In this document: positions 12,201 through 21,200 of the stretch, in pieces | Position numbering within the stretch: position 1 is the stretch's first letter | Layout: each line of letters opens with the position of its first letter | Assembly (NCBI GenBank): GCA_950097015.1 | Contig: CATNEN010000038.1 | Coordinates: 12,524,001 to 12,588,000, forward strand | Direction: 5' to 3' | DNA length: 64,000 nucleotides | DNA from: Macrostomum hystrix | Lineage: Eukaryota > Animalia > Platyhelminthes | The notes under the pieces: model-generated | Databases searched by the model: none | What the model was told of the DNA's origin: nothing | What the model saw: the letters and a program-made list of their open reading frames with translations, nothing else | Position numbers and translations under genes: made by a program

Positions 12201-15200
12201 CTTGTTTGTGAGATGGGCTGTCAGCAATGCTAAAGTTTCAGATGTCATATCAAGAAAGCTGACAGCCTGACCCGGCCTGACCCGGCCTGACCCGGCCTGA
12301 CCCGGCCTGACCCGGCCTGACCCGACCTGACCCGGCCTGACCCGGCCTGATCCAGCCTGACCCGGCCTGACCCGGCCTGACCCGGCCTGACCCGGCCTGA
12401 CCCGGCCTGACCCGGCCTGACCCGGCCTGACCCGGCCTGACCCGGCCTGACCCGGCCTGACCCGGCCTGACCCGGCCTGACCCGGCCTGACCCGGCCTGA
12501 CCCGGCCTGACCCGGCCTGACCCGGCCTGACCCGGCCTGACCCGGCCTGACCCGGCCTGACCCGGCCTGACCCGGCCTGACCCGGCCTGACCTGGCCTAA
12601 CCCTGCCCGGCCCCGGCCAGACCTGGCCTGATAATTATATTAATACTGATGAACTTCGTATCGGTAAAAATCTTGCCAATTCTTCATCTTTAATACAATT
12701 TTTCTGCTAACAGCTAAACCATGGCAACACTCAATGCTACTGTTAGTAGTCATATAAATATATGTACTTAGGTATCGTAAACTTGATAAAAATATAACTA
12801 CTTTTCTCACCTTGGCATCTGCAGCGACTTTAAATCACTCAGCGTGTTGAACTGCTCATTAGAAGTTTCGATAATATTGTTATGTTGAAAGCGGAAATTG
12901 TTTCTGCTGAGGCCCGTGACATTGAACAGTAGCCAGTCGGTTCGCCCATTCGACATAGAAAAGGTCAAATTGACCAGATCAGTGATTTGCTTATTGTTTA
13001 TTGACAGCCAAAGCTGGTTTACATAATTAGCATTCAAATCTTCTCTACTGTGCAGGTTCGGCCTGTTGGGCAGATTCAACGGTTGCCATGGCAACAGAAT
13101 TAGAGGGCTGCTGCCCCCGTACAAGCGGTTATCTCCGTTGTCATTAGCGGAACCGAAAGCGTAGCCAATGCTTCTATAGCCGTTTCTGTAGCTGGTTCCC
13201 GGGTACAGGAACTGATTCACTGATCGGACATTGTTTTCTCCGGGAAATACTGCCATGCCATTTTGAACTCTCGCAGCGAGAGCCCAGGATTTCACTGAAA
13301 CATCATTAATAGAAAATTAAAAATGAAATCTAAAACGACGGAATGAGATCGTGTTGGACTTGCTCACCTGTCATTAGGTAAACATATGAGTAGCCGTTGC
13401 TAGCGCCACCAGCACAGTACTGATAAGATCCTTCGCCACAGGGCCGCAGGCAGTTGGCTTCCACTTCCTCCGGATCGCTGACTGGCTGGAAGTTCTCAAG
13501 CATTTTATCGTCACTAAGGCAGGTGCAGAAGCCGCCTTCCATGACAGCCGTGTCGGCGATACGATGTGTGCAGCTTTTAAGGCAACCCTGCAAGCTGCTA
13601 CTGCGAACTCTGAATGTGTTGCTATTCTGTGTGAAAGTCTTTGCGAGATGGCTTCTGTACTTGTGACATCCTCTGTAGTGGCTGCCTGAAAAGACAGTAA
13701 TATTTCATTTCTGAAGGTGGGTTTTAGCTTGTTGTATGTATAGATGTGAAAGTGTGAGGGATCATGAGCTTTTCCAGCCGAGATTGGCCTCCAGAGATAT
13801 ACCTGGCCTTCCAAAATCGAACTTATTCGAAAAAAGACTTGAAATATACGAGAAGTACACGAAGTATGCGTGTATTATCCTGTGAAACTTCCTACCTAAA
13901 AGTGAACGATTTTCTGGCGGGTAAGTCTCATGACCGGAAAAGCATAGTGTGAGCAAATATCGGCGCCAGTCTGGTAGACTTAAAGTACGCTGAAAATGCG
14001 CTTCATTTAAAAAAAATTACATTAGCTCGTGGGACTCACGTTTCACACAGAAAAACTTCCTTTTAGTTGCGTCGGAACAGGAGGTCCGATAGGACACAAA
14101 CGGAACATTCACCGAATACACGTAGATTGTTGAGTAAAACCACTTCATTAAGCCAAAATAGAAACACTTTCTTTTCAACATGTCACTTGCGGTCATGTTT
14201 ATAAGGACATTTTCAAAATTCGCCTGAACAGACATCACACTACCGTCAAGAAGTTGGGGCAGCAGATCTATCCAGCTCTGCACACCAATGTTGAGCTCTG
14301 GGTTGTTGCCAAAATAGTATTTTGAGTCTAAAATGACACGAAAACATAAATTTATTTTTGCATACGCTTCGATTATAGCTTTCTGGCAGCTCCTAATAGC
14401 CGATATGTTTCAATAGGCTACTCAAGCTCACTTACACCTGAAGAAGTGCGCTTGCATGACAGCCAGGTCGGAGAGGTCAGCGGCAGGTGACCAGAGGACT
14501 GCATTTTGAGCAGCGCAATGCTTGGCAGAGTGCGCCCAGGACAGCATGTCGCTGTTCCGGATGTAGGGAGCGAAGCATGAACCTTGGTAGCCGAACCAGC
14601 CAGGACTGCAGGGCGTCCCGTCTGAGGGATTCAACGCAAAATAGACAGCGGCCTCGCCTCATAACGGTCAGCATTATTCTCTGAACAGAGGTACAACTAG
14701 GATTTTGGTTGATATCGGTGCTGTTTGTCGCGTCTTAGGAGGTACGATGGTACCATTGTTACCATGGTAGCATGGTAAGGGTTTAGTGGCAGAGTGGTGT
14801 AACGCGTTCGCCACTCGCACCTAGGTCCCTGAGCTCGAATCCGCGGCGAGGCCACGTTCATTTAAGGGTGCAGCCGCGGAGAAAAGGCTTGGGGCTTATC
14901 ATACAATTGACACCCATTATTGTGCACTGCCTGACGATGAAAAAGTCTGGGCAGATGTACACACATGTGAGTCTGTGCCTGCGTACAGTAAGTATGTTCT
15001 CAGGAGTTCAGGAGTCAGCGATGGATGCTCAGGAGTCAGCGCATTGGACGGAATTGCCAGTGCCCACAAGCCGGTGGCTAAAACAAATGTTCTTTGACTT
15101 TGGCAGATCTGAGTAAAGCTTAGTTAAACAATTGAAAATTGGGACTTTGACTCACGTACGACTAGCTGTATTATTTAATAACTGTAAACAGCTAACGAAA

Positions 15201-18200
15201 TTCGATTTGCGCCAATGAAGTCCAGGAAGCTGTAACTCACCAATCATGCTGCAGAAGACTCGAGTCCCCGTGTCTGGTTCAGAGGTGGTGTTGAAAGTGC
15301 CAGTTAGCCTGTAATAGTTGCTCTCGTACACATCGACTTCTGTCTGTAGATCCATGCATGAGCGGTACTTCTGAGTTTGTGTGGCGAGTGTAAAGACATT
15401 GTAATGATTATTGAAGCCGCCGCAGCTCTCGTTGGAGGCGCGACATGGGATGTCGCAGAGCGACTGCGAGGCATCCGTCGCTTCAACGATGAGGTCACTT
15501 AGGCAAGTGCAAGTCGTGTTGTGAATCATAGCATAGCGACTGCTTGAGTTGGTCATGCAGAAAGCTTTGCAGGCAGCTGAGCTGAGCAGCTGCATATTGG
15601 TCTCATCCACCACGAGTCCCTGTGGAATCAGAGACACCTGGTAACAACCGTCTGAAAGACAATAATATAAAAGTAATCATTAGTTAATACTCGTAGTAAT
15701 AATGGGGTAAGTGGCAGAGCGTTTGCCTAAGGTCCCTAAGGTCAATTCTGCGGCAAGGCCACATTTATCTGGGGCGCAGCCGCGGAGAGAAGGCCTGGGG
15801 GCTTGTCGTGCGATTTACGCCCATAAGGGTCATCCTCCAAGGCACATTGAGAGTGTAAACGGCATGACCATCAGAAATTCAGGGCAGATGTACACACCTG
15901 TGTGAGCGTGTGCCTGCGTACGGTATCTGTGTGTGATTTTATTATTATTATTATTATTGAGGTGCGCACGCCGATTGGGTGCTGATTTTTTTGTTTATTT
16001 TATGTTTGAGGTTAAACAAATCGATTTTTTGAAGAGAAGGCGATAGGAAACCAGTAGCATGCGTAATTTTAGGTTAATAAAATATTTGAAAAAAAACAAA
16101 TTTTTGAAATAAACAAAGGCATTAAAACAAGAAATGAAATATTGAAATTTAAAGGGAAAATTAAAACTGACCGAAAGGAGAATAGCTATATTGTGTTTTC
16201 GCATTCTAACTATGGGCCTCAGGGCAGTGGCTTTTTATCTAGCTTTAATTATGCTTTCTATGAAGTCCACAAAACTTTCTGTTAATTCTGTGCTTTCCTG
16301 TGTCATTAAATACACAATTTTGTCATCAGCTGTTAGGCTTTCGAAATTTCGAACAGTACCTGCTACTTTCTCTATGAATTTATTTCTAATTCGAACATAA
16401 ACGGACCAATCGCATCTAAAGAGAATATGAGTTTCGTTCTCTACCTCGACTCTACATTTTGGGCATGTTCTGTTTTCATAGGCGATTTTCGGTCTTACAG
16501 TGCGCAATGTCTCACAGGCCAGTTTGTGGTTTCCTAGACGAAATCGGGACATTGTGCGCCTTTGTTCTGGGTTAGAGATTATTGTTAGGTACTTTTCTCG
16601 GGAGAAATCTTTCTTAAACGTGTAATAGAAGTGGCTGAGCTTGGCTGATTTTCCCATCCTCTGAGTCCAGTGCCTTCGAAACTCTGACTCAAAATTCTCT
16701 CTGTGCGTTTTGATGGACTTTGTTTTTCTAGTCTGTTGACAATTCCGCATTACTTCACTATTCATTTTTTCCCCAATGCCAACATCGCTGTATTCTGTAT
16801 CTGCCACCAATTTCGCGATGATGGAGTCTGGTCGGCTCCGAACTGAGGACCAGTATTGAAGGCTTCTTTTTTGAATACTATATAATAGTGGTAGTCTTCC
16901 TAATTCGGACCGAGCACCATTGCTGTCAGTGTTTGGACTAACTTGCAGAATCGACTTGCAGATTCTAAAATTAATTCTCTCTATAAGGTTCCGATCCCAA
17001 GTACCCAGTTTCCCAGTTTCCCAGTTTCTCTTGATTGCTCAGGAGTCAGTGGAATGGGCAGAACTGCCTCCTCGCTGGCTGCGGATCTAGTGTCTCCAAA
17101 CGATGTCCCATTGCCTACAGCCCTCCTGTAAATATTAATATGAATAATATCTTGTATGGGTGCATCTTTGGAAGGCCTGTGGGCACTGGCACATCATTGT
17201 GTCACACTGGACCCACAGCCAGCGAGAGGCAACTCTGTCCATTCCGCTAACTATTGAACACGTACGCACACATATACAGTACGCAGGCACATACACAGAG
17301 TGTTCATCGACACCTGAATTTCCATGCCAGGTACTGAAAACTTTCACTGTGACTTGTGGTTTGGTCCTCATCGGACATCGGAGTAAGTGGCACGACAAGA
17401 CCCTAAGGTTACCGAGTTAAGGGACCCTAGTGCTCGAGATAGGCACTTTAACCGCTATACCACTCAGCCCTCACCATCTAAAGTGAATGCATTTAGCTCG
17501 TATTATTGTGCTGTCTGAAATTTTTTAATTTTTAACTGATTACTTTTCCATCTCAGTTTTCGCTGAGCGATCTGAAACTTCACAGCTAGTTGATTACTGC
17601 TCTGCGCATACAGGTGTCTTCGAGAATGCCATCAACCTACGAGCTATTCAGGACAATGAATCAATGAGTCTTACCGAAGGAGTCGTAGACAGAAAAGTAG
17701 CCCCAAGGTCCACTGAGATCGGAGGCCTCACCGCCGCAGTACTCTGAGGCACCGCACAGAGACAAGCAGCGCGAATTCCGGGCGTCGATTTCAGCGCGAT
17801 CGATACGGAACGGAAGAGTTTCGTTGCTGGCCTGGTCGACAGCGGAGCTATTTAAGTTGAAGCAGTAGCAGCTGCTGTAGTTTGCTGCTGCTAGCTGGTA
17901 GCGAAGATTGCAGCACCTGTACCGGCAGCTCCGTACTGACATGGGAGCGCCAAGGTCCCCTACTGGGCTGGCCATGGAGCTACTTAGAGCAGCTTCAATC
18001 TCAAGCCACGAGAAGCATCCACGATAGTATGGTTGGACTGTAATTTAGGGTTGGACGATCAACTGCCTGCTTTTTGATTTAATGAAGCAGATTTAAGTAC
18101 GTTAAATTCAGCATACTTACAACGGCACGTGTTGAGGTCGGCTGAGGATGTAAATGCAATATTGTTTGACCAACGCATTACTGGAAACCTGCGGTCGAAA

Positions 18201-21200
18201 TTTACAAATGTTTAATTTAACGATTATATAAACACTATGGCCAATTCTAAATGGGTAAGCAGTTAAAAATAATTTTCCTATTGAATAAATTTACTGTGCA
18301 AAAAGGAACTGTGCAAAAAAGTACAACTGCAACAGATAGCTGCAACAGATGACGAATCTTTAAGTAAGTGTATAATTTTTTTTACCTATTCCTTCCAATG
18401 AAAGGGTTGTAGCCTAGTGGGCGTCGGACTCACGACTTGAACGTCGGGGATTCGATTCCAGACTCCACTCCATAGAAAAATGTGTGTCCTATAGAAGGCC
18501 ACTTAACTCTGTAACACTAAATCTCTTCACCCAGCTGTTTAATTGGTACAAGCATTAGCTGGGGTAATTAAGGGTGGGTGTGGCAACCCGCAGTCCATAG
18601 ACTGAACAGCCTTTTGCGCGGCTGTCCAGATGCTCCACGCAATAGCTGTGGCTGTGCTCCGAGCGGCATTTTTTACGCGAAAAGGCTAACCTATAATGTA
18701 AGAAAATACCACAGATTCTATATTACCTATATTCTATATTCTATATATTAGGTAATATAGAATCTGTGCTTGCTCAGCGTTGTCCAATTTTCTTTTTTTA
18801 ATAGCTTTTATTGAATGCGGTAAAAATTTTCTATGGTCTAGAAATAGCCTCTAATTGCAAGCATTCTCTAGATGCATTGTTTACCGTGCTTGCTTCCCGT
18901 AGGCTGACTTCAACAAAGCCTAATCTGTTCCAGCTATTGTTTTTCTGATGGCTACGATCGCATAGTGGAGTTAGGCCTATGATACCGTCTAGGCTGGAGT
19001 CGCAACTTCCTCGATCGGCTCAGTAAGCGGTTGAGAAAGTCATTCAGCGTCCTAAATCATGCAAAATGACTTCCTCTTTTGAACAAAGAGATTTCGCAAT
19101 AGGAGGTCTTGCAATCCTTTGCTTTAGTCAACGATCAATATGTTAAACAGACAATGGTGAATGCTGGAAGGAATCGGAAGAAATAGGAGCCAAAAATGTA
19201 TTTCAGTCGATCTGACGTTCGACAAATACAATCGATTGGAAAATAGAGAATGTCCTCGCTCTACCTAAAGACAGTGAGCGCTAAAAATCACTGCGAAACA
19301 ATTGTGGAAAGAATCGATTTTTAGAACAGCTTAGCATAAACAATGATGCTATGTGATTGGGGCATCACGACCATTGCTTTTTAACGCACTGCAGGTAGAA
19401 ATGATGCTGCCACCAAAGCCTTCAGCCTTCTTGATTCAAATTAGGAAAATAAATGAGTTAAACAAGAATTCACACAGACTACTCTCATTTTTCATAAGAA
19501 TTTCTTAGAACTTCATCGCAAAATCTTGGCGCAGAAAAGTACCTTCGCAGTCTCGCTATTGTTCGATTCTCATAGAATATTCAATTAAATATGATATGGA
19601 CTATGCACTATAACTGATATTCTCACCCATTATAGCTGGTTTGCTGTGTACATGTGTTCTCAATCTCCTGATCGAAAAATCGTCCTTTGTAGCCGCTGAG
19701 ACAACGAAACCGAACGGAGAAGCCGTTTGTGACTTCCAGTCGGCTGCTGGACGGAGCTGGCGAGATTGGCCTCGACTGGGAGCCCGGTCTGGCCACACCT
19801 TGCCAGCAAATGCGGGCTGAAGAAACGAGTACGCTGATGCTGCTATTACGTAGTCTGTAAATACTGCTCAATTTTAATACCAAAAACTGTATTTTAAAAT
19901 TACCTTTACATGTTGGAACAACGACTGTGGCATTATTGTTAAATAGCTCCGTAGTTGTTACAGCTGGATAATCAAACGATGTGTACGCTATGCTCCAGAT
20001 TGTGGCATTGGTGCACAGAAGCAAGGCCTGCTTGGAACCGACGTCGCTTTTGCGATAGAACTCCATGTTTGAGTCCACACAGGAAACTTCAAAAGCCGTC
20101 TGAGCAGTGAAGTTTACAGACGGGTCTGTTCCAGCACTTTTCAGTTGGACCACGTGACTTGAATCGAACACTGGGACTTGCGGACACCGGATTACTGAAG
20201 AACAGTAGCGCCAAGGAAACAATACTATTATTAACAGTAGAAGCACCCACGGCGGGCTTTTCAAACTCCCACATTCTTCATGTTTCTGTATCTCCCAAAA
20301 TATCCAAGCCAAGAAAATCCTGAGTATGGGCAAAAATTTTCCGCTATATCCGATCGAACAACTTCCAGAATCACAAAACATCGGTATCGTCGAGATTTTC
20401 AACGATTCTCGTCGGGGTGTCTGGTGGCAAAAACAACCACCATGTCGGCTATTACAGATCAATGTTAGTTGTCCTTGTCACCAGGTTCTTCGACAAGAAT
20501 CGCTGAACATCTCGACGATGCTGACTCGGCTTTGAAAGTTAGTTCATCGTGTACTTTCCCAGGGATGGATAGCATGGTCTTTCTGCTGATAAGGCAGAGA
20601 TAGATTGACACATTCTCAAATTCATTACTGACCTTCACATTCAAGAATCGGCTGGGCAATGAGCTGCCTCGGTAGCCTGATATCTAGGCCAGCAGTGCCT
20701 TTGTTATACAGCTCAACAAGCCAGCCATCCATCTGGCATGTTAGATTTGCACTGTTGACCAGAACATCATAGTTGACGATTCTGTAGCCAGCAGGCTTCA
20801 GGCAGCTGTAAGTGGCGCTAGCCAGGAAAGAGTTCGGCTTGCCAAGCACGCCAGCGTTGATATTTGATGCCACCATTGAACTTGAATTGAGCGGACTGCA
20901 CATGAAAGCTAAAAAAATTGACAATTGATTGTTCTCTTAAAATATCCAGTGGTACATATGTTTTGGCTGGTGTTTTTCCCATCCAGCCAGCAAACCCGAC
21001 TTGAAAACTCAAATAAAACTATCAGCTTACGAGTGCATTCTGGTAGAACCGGTGAAATGTTTCCAAGCAGTTCTGTGGGCCCCATAATGTCTGGCCGTGA
21101 GTCGCCGATTGTGAAGAAGGTGCTCGACCAGCCTCTGCCTTCCTGACAGTCCAGTAGGAGCCAGTTTGAGTCATTGCTATTTTGGAAATAGGTTCCTTTC

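Noticed and set aside
14779-14850. tRNA gene candidates at SINE heads (also 18403, 55372)
   Set aside because: A and B boxes are present but there is no complete cloverleaf, and each continues into a dispersed repeat body.
17066-17079. GCCTCCTCGCTGGC in SINE family 1 (also 34328-34341, minus strand) matches the P3-L3 of the genomic HDV ribozyme
   Set aside because: I could not build the rest of the fold: no matching P1, no GG for P1.1 after a 7-nt P1', and no C-x-A-A plus P2' complement. An RNArobo/Infernal search on the family consensus would settle it.
18780-19600. Possible decayed transposon coding sequence (also 21970-22540, ORF 22027-22539)
   Set aside because: No recognisable motifs, termini or second copy in the window, so no call can be supported.
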